Origin: Macrostomum lignano
Lineage: Eukaryota
Assembly (NCBI GenBank): GCA_002269645.1
Contig: NIVC01003792.1
Span: 1-64,000, forward strand
Reading direction: 5' to 3'
Length of the DNA: 64,000 nt
Below the pieces are notes generated by a model that was given only the letters and a program-made list of their open reading frames with translations, searched no databases and was not told the DNA's origin. Made by a program: the position numbers and the translations under genes. Shown piece by piece: positions 25,147-37,281 of this stretch (its first letter is position 1; each line of letters begins with the position of its first letter).

Positions 25147-25960
25147 AGGGATATGGGATCTTGGAATATGGGATATGGGATGTTAGGATATGGATATGGG
25201 ATATGAGATATTGGGATATGGGATATTGGGATATGGATATGGGATGTTAGGATATGGGATATGGGATATGGGATATTGGGATAAGGGATATTGGGATATA
25301 GGATATTGGGATATAGGATATTGGGATATTGGGATATGGGATGTTAGAATATTTGATATGGGATATTGGGATATGGGATATGGGATATGGGATATGGGAT
25401 ATGGGATATGGGATATAGGGATATGGGATATGAGATATAGGATATGGGATATTAGGATTTGGGATATTGGGGTATGGGATATTGGGATATGGGATAATGG
25501 GATATGGGATATTGGGATATGGGATATTGGGATATGGGATATTGGGATATGGGATATGGGATATGGGATATGGGATATGGGATATGGGATATTGGGATAT
25601 AGGATATTGGGATATTGGGATATGGGATGTTAGAATATTTGATATAGGATATTGGGATATGGGATATGGGATATGGGATATGGGATATGGGATATTGGGA
25701 TATAGGATATTGGGATATGGGATATTGGGATATGGGATATTGGGATATGGGATATTGGGATATGGGATATTGGGATATGGGATATGGGATATGGGATATT
25801 GGGATATAGGATATTGGGATATGCGATATTGGGATATGGGATATTGGGATATGGGATATTGGGATATGGGATATTGGGATATGGGATATTGGGATATGGG
25901 ATATGAGATGTTAGGATATGGGATATGGGATATGGGATATGGGATATGTGATGTGGGATA
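25147..25960. repeat. Degenerate (GGGATAT)n / GGGATATT simple repeat
   Basis: Direct reading; it accounts for the spurious ORFs at 25190-26159. Confidence 0.97.
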
Positions 25961-26024
25961 TTGGCTATTTAAACATGGTGGATCTGCAGTGCTAAGGCCT
26001 GACGCAGCAGGACTCCCCACTCAC

Positions 26025-26155
26025 CCATTCTGGCTGTGGCTTTGGCTGTTAAAGCAGAACTTGCAGACCAGCAGGACGCCCACCACCATGAGGACACCGC
26101 CGAGCACGCCGCCAGCTAGGAACAGCACCATCAGCCAGGGGGTCACGCTGCCTTC
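26025..26155 (-). CDS. Putative exon encoding a transmembrane helix
   Basis: CAG acceptor and GTGAGT donor; EGSVTPWLMVLFLAGGVLGGVLMVVGVLLVCKFCFNSQ.. has about 24 hydrophobic residues followed by CKFC; codons are GC3-rich. Confidence 0.6.
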
Positions 26156-29100
26156 CTGAGTGGCCATATTTGGAGATTGAGAGACAGAAATCGGGAGTCA
26201 GGCCTGTCCTGGTAGGCGGCAGCTCAAAGCTTGGTTAAGAGCTCAGCTTCTCTCTGTGAGCAGCTTTTCTACTCCCAAAAGTGCAGAGAGGCAGAGAGAG
26301 AGAGAAGGGAAGCGACTGTCCAGTGGATAGCTGCCTAGTGTTCTGCTCGTGGGATCTGGATCCCCATTGGCTGGATTAGGAGCGGAGCGTTTGCAAGCAG
26401 ATAAAGTGCTCAAGCTCGGTAGCTACGTGTTTGAAAATTTGCCCATCCGTCAGACACAGAGCGAGAAAAGATCTACTCAGTCTTAATCCGAGTAAGATTT
26501 TGCGAAGCTTTGAGTAGCCTCTGAAAGGATGGCTGCTTTGAAGATGGGACTTGCACCAGAATCAGATAATAATTATTTACGAATGCTGGGTACTGAAGAT
26601 CCCCTGATTGTTTTGTTGAGGTGCTCTCTTGGGCACTTGGTTTTTTTCAATGGGTCAGCTGACCTCCTTGACCCCTCCTTGATAAAGGGGCAGAGCAGTT
26701 CAGAGGTAAACTCGTCCAAATATCCTTCTAAGATTCCTGACTCGATCCCGTGCTGAGCCACGTCTATTTGGGCTTTTTGGCCTGGGGTTGTCCTGCGATT
26801 GTCCATGACGGCCAACCCTGACAATTACTCGTAGAAAGTCTGGGCCGTTGTACACCCTGTGTGAGCGTACGTAAGCTCGTACTAGTGCGTGCCTGTGCTC
26901 AGGAGTCAACGGAATGGGTACTGAATATTTATTTTTTTATTTGACCACCGATTGTGTCGATGGGCCAACTAACCCCATTTTAGCCTAGGCCCTCTTAGCG
27001 AAGCCTATTTATTTGAGCTTTGCATTCTTCTCTTTCATAAAAGCTAAATATTGGCAGTTGGCCAAGTTAGAAGCATAAACAAGTGCGCATCATCCAAGTC
27101 GACAGAAACGGTTCAACTTACGCTGCCAGCGGAGCGGAGAAAAAACGGCCGTGACGAATGCGTCCGAAATCCTGCATGCGGTGCACGGGCCTGAATTTTC
27201 GCAGCGCTTCTATACGGCTCGGTTCCGCGTTGGGGAAGAGAGGCTCGGAAGCGCTGCAAGCTGGGTGAGGGATCCGAAGGCACGTTCTGGCGGACCCATG
27301 CAGCCCAGCGGCCCTGGTAGGAGGCCTCTAAAGCACCCCATCGATGCCTGCGCGCGTCCATGGGAGATTCCCAGAAACCAGTCCGGGCGCTTCCTCGATC
27401 CCCCAAATTCACTTCCTGCTTTTTCAGCCCCCTCTCATCCCCTGAACGCTCCAAAGCTTGCCCGAAATTTTCTTTCCTCATTTTGATACGCGCTCAGGCC
27501 GTGCACTATTCCAATGGAGCAGCGGCTGCAGATGCCTCCGCGTCTTCATGTCCCGCGGCCTTATTTGTGAACCTTTCCTTAGCGAATTCCTCCAACCAGC
27601 TGCCTCTCTGCGACGCCCCCGCTAAGAGGGCGTGGGAAAGTCAGGCCTGCCGCTCCTGCGTCATCAAAGCTGGCACCTTTTCTGTTCTTTTTCTGCTAAT
27701 AGTAAAAAAGACAAAATTGATTTTAGCCCATATTTTTTCTGTCGGCAAAAGATCAATACAATAATTTCTATAGGGCCTTTTTTAGCAGCTCTTGAATAGA
27801 CAGCTGAATTGGTAAAAAATAGGCCTCTAGTTCCTATTTTTAGGGGGGGGATAGAAAAAGAGTCTGGTTGAGCTCCATCATCAGCTAAGGGAAATAATAC
27901 AGGAACTGAGCCCCTTTGGCGGCTCCTGAGTTCCATCTAGATCTTTGATTTCTTATCGTCAAAAGACTGAGTCTTTCACAAACTCCCAGCCATCTATTAT
28001 GGATTGGATGTGAAACATTGAGTTGGTGAAAGCAGTCATGCCTGCTGATCACTGAGCCCGCAAACGCTCACACAGGTTGCACAATGCCCTAACTTCCACA
28101 TCGTCAGACACTTTCTGTGCCTTGGCCGTTGGCCCCTCGTGGTCGAAGAATCTCACAAACCTCGGGCCAATTTTCGTCCACGGGCACCAAAGAAATCGCC
28201 GGAGTCGGACGCATTTACCGCTGAGCTCTGCAAGTGAGTTTCTTGCCCGCGATGCTCTTCATCCTTGGAAATAATTGAGAAATTGAAGAATAGACAGTTT
28301 TCATTTCCTTCGAATAGAACCGATTGAAATTAAATAACAAGGGTGAGCGAGTGCGACAGACAGGGAAGTCAGAGAGAGTGACAGCAATTATGAAAATCAA
28401 ACAGCGGGATGTTTCCCACAGCGAGAAGACAGAAAACCGCTTAGCAACCGGGAAGGCCGGGAAGGCGGCTTTCCATTGTGCGCAGATTGGAGAGCTGGCA
28501 AGAGTTCCAGCGCGGAGGTGGATAAAAGCGGGGAGGTGGAGAGCAATTTGCAGCAGACAGGAGGTAAGAATGCCAGAGACTCAACATGAGGAAGGCGTTT
28601 TGCTTCTTCTCAGCTGAAAATTAGTCATGCTGAGAATCTGGGATCCAAGGGGAATCATTTCCACCGAGACCTGTTCGCATCGACCTCTTATAATCTTTTT
28701 TCTCATCGTACTCACGAAAACAGGCGCTATCTTCTAATGCCTTCTCAGAGTGACGACAGCTCGCCCGAGGCCCGCTGACGACAGCAATTTTCCACAGCGC
28801 AGTGCAAAGCGGCATTTCCCAGTCGCCGAGGAAAAGAGAGAAGATCTTGCCTCTAATTGCGCTTCTGCTGCTGCTTCTGCGTCGCTGCCTTTTTATTCAC
28901 CGTCAAGGCACTGCTCAAAGAACAGACTGCCGATAGAGAGACTACATTGGATTCTGGCGTCTCCGCATGAATAGCGAAAATACATCTGCTGCCGCACTCT
29001 TCCACGGATGTAGAATAGTAGAAATCTCAGGCTCACCTATTGTGCCTGGACAATGCCTAACCTGCTCAGCCTTGTCTCGCTCAAACGAAAGACTTTTACA

Positions 29101-29446
29101 GACAGCATTCAGCTTTGCGGATGCTGGGGCAGATTACTAAGCAGAGATCTAGACCGAGATTTAAAACTCTTGCAGTGTATGCTCTTCGATTTTACTGCCA
29201 CTATTAGGCTTGGGCAAAAAAAAAACTTGAATAGTGTAAAATTGAATAGTTAGGCAACATTTCAGAGTCTAATTTCTTCATCAGTAGTTAGTGTTTTTTA
29301 ATACTGTATAATGTCGTGCAGTTCAACAAATCAAATCTGGCCCTCTTTCTTTGGCCTAGCCAATCAACAAAAACATTTGCGGATGATATTACAGTCAGAA
29401 TCTTAATCTTCCGGCTATGCATTGATTCTGCCGCTGCCAATGATGG

Positions 29447-29800
29447 TACATTCTGCTTAGACCCACCCCACTCCCTGATTGTACATTCTGCTTAAACCCA
29501 CCCACTCCCTGATTGTACATTCTGCTTAAACCCACCCCACTCCCTGATTGTACATCCTGCTTAAACCCATCCCACTCCCTGATTGTACATCCTGCTTAAA
29601 CCCACCCCACTCCCTGATTGTACATCCTGCTTAAACCCACCCCACTCCCTGATTGTACATCCTGCTTAAACCCACCCCACTCCCTGATTGTACATCCTGC
29701 TTAAACCCACCCCACTCCCTGATTGTACATCCTGCTTAAACCCACCTCACTCCCTGATTGTAAATCCTGCTTAAAGCCACCTCACTTCCTAATTGTACTC
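29447..29800. repeat. 35-bp minisatellite, about 10 copies, just 3' of the Phactr stop codon
   Basis: Unit CCCACTCCCTGATTGTACATCCTGCTTAAACCCAC. Confidence 0.95.
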
Positions 29801-29922
29801 TGAACATGGCTACAATTTCATTCATACTTAATAATTGATTCCAGAAATTCAACAAAAATTATCACACGAGTCCAACAGCAACCCAGTTATTTTAAAGAAA
29901 AATTCCAGATAAGGACCGGCGG

Positions 29923-30015
29923 TCAGGATTTGTGGTAGCGGGTGTACTTTCTGCTGTTCTTATGAACTGGCATCTCCTTGGACTTGAACGCATTGAGCTC
30001 CTTCCTTATCTTCTC
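29923..30015 (-). CDS. PHACTR: Phosphatase and actin regulator (Phactr), last coding exon
   Basis: EKIRKELNAFKSKEMPVHKNSRKYTRYHKS* matches the conserved Phactr C-terminus; CAG acceptor, phase 0. Confidence 0.9.
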   Translation of the reverse strand, partial: EKIRKELNAFKSKEMPVHKNSRKYTRYHKS

Positions 30016-30577
30016 CTGCAATGGGTTTGGGGAGAATTTTCCCGGCTTAGCACAGCAGACTCCATAATCTTGAGGATTATTAATCTTCTGGCGTAATCTA
30101 TTGACAGTTCAATGTCACCGTTTAATCCCAGATAGAAGGATAATCTTATTTGATACTAAAAATGATTAAAATTTGCACTGTAATTTAGGAAATCATCTTC
30201 ATACTCATATAAATGCGAATGCTAGCATCAAAGTTTTTAATAAGACGCGTTTTGACCGACGCGAACTATTTTTGAAAAACAATGACGAGCATGAACTTAT
30301 GCGTCGAACCAAACGGTTGAGCAAATATGTATGATGTGTGAAATTCAATATTCAAGCCAAGGATTTAATCTTAAGAATGTACAAATGGACACTAGCTAAT
30401 AAAGAAAGGGCAGGGACAAATTTAGAATAGAATGCAGTTTCAAGGCTTCAAGTACATCACTTCCGTTTCATACAATCGAGTTCCATATTGTTTATTCTTG
30501 CACATGTAGATGCTCAATCGTTAGGTCTAAGTAATTGAAGGGGAACACTTTACCGCAGGTAATCTTCAGTTTCTCAC

Positions 30578-31368
30578 CTTGTCCACCTCCGAGAGGCAGG
30601 TCCAAGGCTTGTCAGTCACCCTGTCGTAGTCCTCAGTGCGGGTGACCTCGACGTAGTCGCTGAACTTGATGATCTGCCGGTCGCGCAGCTCCTCGACAGT
30701 CGGCCGGTAGCTCAGCTTCCTGGCTAGCAGGCGGATCTGCTGTCGCCGCTCGGATTCCAGCTGCTGGCTGCCGGTGGAGTGCAGGATGTTGCGCTCCAGC
30801 AGCTGCTCGCTGGTTGGCCTCAGGCTGAGCCGCCGCTCCAGCACAGCGCCGATTCTGTCCCGCTCCGACAGCGGCAGCTGCGAGCGAAGCCGCTGCAGGC
30901 CGGCCCGGCGCTCCTGACGGCGGTTTTCCAGGAAACGCGAGAACGGATCGCGACGTTTGAGAGAATCGAAGTTCTGCCGCTGCTGCTGCTGGCCCTGATG
31001 GGGCTGCTGCTTTGAAGCAAGCTGACCGCTACTGCTGCACTTTTTAATGATGCCCTTGGCTGGCTGGCGACCAAAGTCGGGCTCCTTTAAAGGGACCTGC
31101 TCATAGCCTTCAGGCACCGGCTCCTCTGATTCGGCAGGTTCGCAGGCTTCAACAGCGGTGACAGCCGTTGAGAACTCGGTTTGCCGCTGCTGGCCCTCGG
31201 GGATGAACTGAGACAGCGTCGCGAGCTCTCTCGTGTCCTTGCTTGGTTCGCATTCCACCGCGAGTCTAGAGGTGCAATTTTCTGTGGCTGTGAAGGCCAA
31301 GTCCGCACTGCTGACAGTCTGGACTATTGTTGCCGGGAGAGCCGCGGCAACTGTTCCATTCTGTGCGG
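30578..31368 (-). CDS. PHACTR: Phactr main exon: RPEL repeats and PP1-binding region
   Basis: LERRLSLRPTSEQLLERNIL and LARKLSYRPTVEELRDRQII (RPEL repeats), IKFSDYVEV and DYDRVTDKPW; AAG|GTGAG donor and TAG acceptor are in phase. Confidence 0.93.
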
Positions 31369-32935
31369 CTAATGAGATGGGTTAGATAGATTAGCAATCC
31401 ATTCATTAATGATAGCTAATGTAGACCTATATACGAGCAATATTAAGAAAAATAAAGATCGCAGCAGCTTCCGCAATGTTGATAATTGCAGCGAAACAGT
31501 CAGGCACGCAAGAACTGGTCGGATGCTTCCATCTCAAAAGTGACTCTGAAAACCGCTGAAGTAGTGAAAGAGCCCCAGGGAAAAGTTAGCCAAACGCCTT
31601 AAGCCAGACTTCAGCCCTGTGCACGCATGAAATGTTGCCACTTCGTCAAGTGCTAATAGTTCCCGAGGCCCCTGCGGCCCCTCCAATCAATATTGACCGG
31701 CCGTTAGTCCGTCCATTGGCAAAGCGAAAGCACTGCAGCTCATGAATTATTGATGAGCGGAGGGCAAGAATCAACTGCTAAACTGGGGACGGCTCTTGAG
31801 AAAGCAGTCTTGCCCGAACTGTTTCTTTGTGGAGTTGAGCGTTCTAGAAATTCATCTTTCTTGCTTTATTGACTTGGTTTCAAACTTAGAAAGTACTCGC
31901 CCTCTGGGGGGAATACTGTACAAAAAATACACAAAAGCATTTAAATTCCTCTCAACTGAAAGCCCTCCCTGTTAATACGAGTACAATACCGCACCCAGTC
32001 CCTTCTGCTAAAATTTCATTTAATGAAGTTTCATCTCAAGCCTTGGAGTCTTGGAGGTTACAAGTCGAATTTAAAGTCGGATCTACCGCGGGATGAAATA
32101 GATAATTTTTTACGAAGGGTACATGAAAAAAGAAATATTTGCTTATTAGGGAATTATCATTAGGGTTTGTGTGCACCCTGGCGCACTGCACTTTAAGCGA
32201 CATTGTCACACAACCGGCAAGAGGCACAACTGCCCATTCCGCCGACTCCCCTGAGCAGGTACACGAGCGCGTGGATACGTACACAGGCACACACGCACAC
32301 TGGAGTGTACAGCGGCCCTAACTTTATTTATCGTTAGGCATGTACATTTCACTGTGCCTTGGGCGTTGACTCTCAAGAGCGTTAATTGCACGAGCAGAGC
32401 CAAGCCGAGATTCCAATTTAGCCCCAAATTAATGTGACTGTACTTGGGACCGAGCCTGGACCGCTGGGACATCAGAGCGCCGCGCCAGACCACTGGGCGA
32501 CGGCCTCCCTAATGACCTTAGTAATTTTTTGAACGAATTAAAATATGAATCACACAAAAATGATAATAATTTTCGTTCAACTAAGAAAGTGCGACTGCTG
32601 TAAATCGGAGCATTCCAATAAAACTATTCGTCCCATCACCGATGCGCTCCCTGCGTACTCAAGTAGAAGGATGCTGAACTCTCAAACTGTTGTATCTTAA
32701 TTCACCAGAACGTGGAAAGCTACCTGGGACGATTTGGAAGTCTAAAAGGTAAGATACTTGTTAGTCACTTGCTAAGAAGGTTGACCTTTCCTACCGCTAT
32801 TAATTCAAGAACAACTTTAGTCAGCCATTGTGGTGAAAAAGTCCTTTTCCTAGTGAACTTCTCAGGACTTGAGAGTGCTTCTATTGAGTAGTCCATGGCC
32901 TGTCCTCTATTCCCAAGAAATCCAAGAGGCTTCAC

Positions 32936-33182
32936 CCGCTAAGCGACCTCCGCTGTTTCCACGCGTCCTGGCCTCCTGTTCGGACAGCCGAAGCAGTGAT
33001 TCCGCGCCGAACTCCGAGCCAATGCGCCGAGTGTAGCGCCGGGCGGTCACCGAGGACAGCGTCGTGACGCTGTCGGATAGATGGCGCCGGCAGCCGCGTC
33101 CGGCTTGCTGCTGGCTCCTGTGGTGCAGCCGCAGTGACTCGCTGCGCCGGCTGGACAGAGGCGTGGACTGGCAGCTGCCCAT
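32936..33182 (-). CDS. PHACTR: Phactr probable first coding exon (MGSCQS..)
   Basis: ATG at 33182; G|GTGAAG donor is phase 1 and matches the next exon; total CDS 247+791+93 = 1131 nt = 376 aa plus stop. Confidence 0.6.
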
Positions 33183-33638
33183 CGCTGGACAGAACAAGTT
33201 GGTAGGAGAGAAAATCTCTGTGTCTGTTCTGTAATGTAAGTTCGCGACAAGTCAGAAGTCTCAATCATTTAAGCCCGTCGGTTCGTCCAGTTCCGCTCCG
33301 TTGCTCAGACAGAATGAACGGGAAGCAAAAACTCTTTGCGGTGTCAATTTTTTTGCTTCTGTTCGTGCGCCATGAATTGAATTCACTTGGCTTCGTTGGA
33401 CCCTTCCTGCTGCTGTTCCTGTTAACTTATGACCTGAGCAACGCAGAGAGAAAATGTTTGAATAAACCAAAGGACACAATGTTACACAATCGTGCAACAT
33501 TCCTACACTAATTAAACAGGTAGGAATGTGTTTCTTACTTTATGCTCTGCTTATTACTTATAGTACCATATGCATGGCTTTAAGCAAGTGAGTGATTTTA
33601 ATGTTTCTAAGTGTGTTTCACGCATTCACATGTAAACA

Positions 33639-33830
33639 GGGACTGTAGCCTAGTGGTTAGTGTCGGACACCGGACTAAAAGGTCGCGGATTGGATTCTGG
33701 ATCCACTCGGAACAATTTGTGTCCTTAAGCAAGACACTTACCAGTAACTCTGCATTGCTTCAGTTCACCCAGCTGTAAAATGGGTGCCAGCATCAGCTGG
33801 GGTAATTAAGGCTGTGTGTGGCGACCCCCC
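33639..33830 (+). mobile_element. tRNA-derived CORE-type SINE
   Basis: A box TAGCCTAGTGG at 33646-33656 and a degenerate B box, then TGTGTCCTTAAGCAAGACACTT..CAGCTGTAAAATGGG resembling the CORE domain. Confidence 0.75.
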
Positions 33831-34692
33831 GTCCTTGGATTGAACAGTCGTACGCCTCCTTCAGATGCGCCACGCAATAGCTGCGGCTGAGCTGTCGGTT
33901 GCACATCTGCCCATAGGCGCAGGTGCAATCAATTATTATAACTGTTATCATCATTCACGCATACATACAGAGAGCTATTGTGAAGATAGACAAAGAGCGC
34001 ACGTATTATTGAGATACAATTTTATATCAAAATTATTCCGGAAAACGTTGACACAAGAAACTATCTCTTTCCTGTGTGCAGTGTTCTTACTGTCTTTTTT
34101 GAATTTGAAATCGTTTTTTCCTTGCTTAAAATCTGTAAACTAGTATCTAAACACGGAAAATCTAATGAGCCAGGGCCAGCAACGAGGCAGATCATCAGTA
34201 AAAAGTATAATACTGGGGTAGAGTTGCTCTCTTAGTAAATAGAATGACAAAGAGAACGACAATGCAAGCATTAGTTTTAATAGCCAACGCGTTTTGTCAA
34301 AGCTGTGGTCAGGATTCTTGAGGCTACGTACATTCGTTTGCACAAGCCATCGTTGAATGTGCAGCTGGCTGGCATGGCAGGGGCATATTATATTCATTTT
34401 AAAGTCACAAATAGGTCTTATATTCCACATATATGACGAGCGTACACACAGGAATATAATATCTATAGTCTACACGCATGTACTTGTAGATTTGTTCTCA
34501 TAAACTTCACGACTAGCTTCGTTTATGGACAAGATCGAGCAAATCTTCGATGAAATATTTAATTAAAAAGCGCTCTCTAATCCAGACACGATGCTAGAAT
34601 ATATAGTTTCTGCTCTATTTATAATGTAAGAAGATTATTGAATTGATTAGCATTCTCACGCTTAACAATACAAGTGCATCGCTGGCTGAACA

Positions 34693-35182
34693 ATGCAGCC
34701 CCGAGCTCAAGTAGAGCTGGACGCGGCGGCGGCCACGGACCTCTCGCCTAATGACGGCTTTGAATACTACGAGACGCAGCTGTTCGACGTCAAGCATTCT
34801 GCGACCATCCCGCTGGCCGCAGATGTCAATCAGGCGCTGCCTCTCCCTGTTCCTAGTGGTCTCGATGAGCAGCACCGTCTCCTCAGCGCTCTACTTTGCT
34901 CAGTCTCTGCTTCTGATTCTATTCGTGCTCACTCACCTGGTCTCTACCGTGATAGCCATCTTCATCATTGTTGAGATCAGCGTCATCACGCAGAATCGGC
35001 AGCCATTTGACATTCCACTGGCGTTTCGATTTAACAAAAGCTGCAGTACACTGATTGACGTGGCAGACGTGCTCAAGTTCTCCTGTTACTCAAGCGCCGT
35101 GATCTTCTCCGTACTCATGCTGTTTCTAATTATCGCTCTGCTGCTCTGTCTGGACGTCAATCTACATGACAATCTACGATGA
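34693..35182 (+). CDS. Small multi-pass membrane protein gene, probably frameshifted near 34825
   Basis: GC3-rich N-terminal frame from ATG 34693; the hydrophobic helices (SLFLVV.., LLLILFVLTHLVSTVIAIFIIV, SAVIFSVLMLFLIIALLLCL) lie in the overlapping frame 34751-35182. Confidence 0.45.
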
Positions 35183-36247
35183 AACTCGCGCGGCAGTGCG
35201 TCTCAGGGTCTTCACAGCGATATTATAATATTACTCATTACTACGGTTGCAGTTACGAGTTTCACTGCGTTAAACCTCTTTAAGCCATGCATGCATTTCA
35301 ACAGCCAGTAGCTCGTATATCGTTGCTAAAATAATTGCTATCTTGTTACGTCGCGTATACTTAAGCACCGCGGATAGACCATGTACTTTTCGTCTCTGTA
35401 CTTTTCGTCTTCCGTCAAGCCTGCAGCACCGGTACAACTTTGTGTACAGTGACACCGAATCTTTCATATTGAATGTACGATATGTACGAGCTATGAATCA
35501 ATAGTTTTCAATTGATTCAATCGATTCATATATAAATGATTCAATATATGAATCAATAGTTTTTTAGCAGAATGTAGGGAGTTTGCGACTACAGATAGGT
35601 CGTAGGTGCCTACATGTACATTTAATTTTGTATAAATAATATATTGTAGCGTGCACACTGGGTGAGCGTACGCATGTATATACGAGTAGTTACTGCATGC
35701 CTGCCTGCGAGAATATCCTCGTGCTTGTATGTGCTCAGGAGTGAGTGGATCGCGGAATAAGCAAAGATTGTTCCATCGCTGCGTGTGGGACGTCATATAT
35801 GGTGCCAACAGCCCTGCTGCGAACATTCTGTAGTGCTACTCCTCCTCGGGTTCTTGAAGATGTTCCTAGAAATAGAACCCGCTGCTCCTGAAGTAGCTAG
35901 ATAGCACCGTTGTACTACCTATCGATTTGCCTGAAATGAACCTAAAACGTTAGCCTTGACTTGGTAGGGTTGCTGCCACCTTGGTGTGCGGACTCGACGC
36001 GTCGGCAGAGTTGTCTATCCGTCACCTGAAATAAAATAACGAAGTCGCTCAGAGCAAAGGCAAATCTGTAAAATGTCTCGACATGTCTCTTAGTAGAATG
36101 CTGCTCGAACCTGAAAACCTGTAAAACCTGAAATGAGAGAGGAGAGCTCGGAGGCAGAGAGGCAGCTCCGGTCGAGCCCAGACAGGACGACGCAATCGGT
36201 TCCGCGTTGCTCCACGATCTGGAGAAAAATGGCTCGCAGATGCTCCG

Positions 36248-36674
36248 TATTTATAGCCGAGCGGACCCCCAAAAGTGACGTGAGTTTCATGCGGTGAGCG
36301 CGTGAAACTTCCTTATTTGGTCACTAAAATCATGCGAGCGACGCGTGATTCAAGGCCAACTTCCAAATAAGGCAACCCTGTCACGCAGCAGTGGCGTGAC
36401 TCAAGGTCAGTGGCCACGCACAGTGTGCGTGCACAGTCACGTGCTTTTCTGTGCTAAAAATAGAACATGGGCGGATGAGTCATCCTGTTTACTCCCTCTA
36501 GGCCGCCCTTCACTCCGCGCAGGTGATGAGTCATCCTGCTACGCCTCCTCAGCGCGAGTGGGAAGATATTGAGTGTGGCTGCCCACGCCTGCTCAGGCGA
36601 TGAGTCATCGGGCAGTAAACACTTAGGCCCAGCACAGGGTAACTCTCTCTCTCTTGCTCAGGTGGACTGAGTCA
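36248..36674 (-). promoter_or_regulatory. TATA promoter with clustered CArG, MEF2, AP-1, E-box and CRE-like motifs
   Basis: TATAAATA (minus) 36248-36255; TGACGTGA 36276-36283; CArG CCTTATTTGG 36311-36320 and CCAAATAAGG 36363-36372; MEF2 CTAAAAATAG 36454-36463; CACGTG 36438-36443; TGASTCA at 36397, 36476, 36527, 36601 and 36668. Confidence 0.75.
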
Positions 36675-37281
36675 CTGTGCAGCGGACCACAGCACTCTTG
36701 GGAAAGCTAGTGAATGCTGCTGAATAGCCAGTTAGCAGCCAGTCACTACAATTCATATGGATTATTATGCAGACGTTCAAAAAGGGAATAATTCAGCTTC
36801 TTAAAAATATTTGCATGGTTCGTAGCGTGTTGCGTAATTCTATCGAATACTCGAGTAGTCCATGCTTGTCTCCCTGCGACTGCTGCTTGTTGACTATGGG
36901 TTGACTGTCCACCTTGATCTGCACTAACAAATATACTATTTGCAAATTCAAACTTGTCACAATAATTCCAAGACGCACGAGCGTACTTAGTTACTAGAAG
37001 ATCGTTAAGCAATCGAAAGTATGAAACGACTAATTGGTAAACTACACTCGTAGTTGTGAGCTTCAAGACAAAGAAAACAACAATGCACGGTGTGATTTAT
37101 TTTCACGCGTTTACTATTTTTAAAACAAAGTTTGTTCTCTTTTCAACTCAGATTTCCTCACAAGATTTTCAATGTCCAAGAAAAATGAAGATTGCGTTCT
37201 CTTGCGCAGATTTAGCAAACAGCAATCATAAAAGAAAAGGCAGCGCAGTTTTTAGAACGAATAAAAAATTGCGCGTCCGAA

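Noticed and set aside
25190-26159. MGY/WDIG-repeat ORFs
   Set aside because: Translation of the GGGATAT microsatellite.
26529-27936. GC-rich ORFs suggestive of a decayed retroelement or further exons
   Set aside because: No diagnostic motif or consistent splice phase found.
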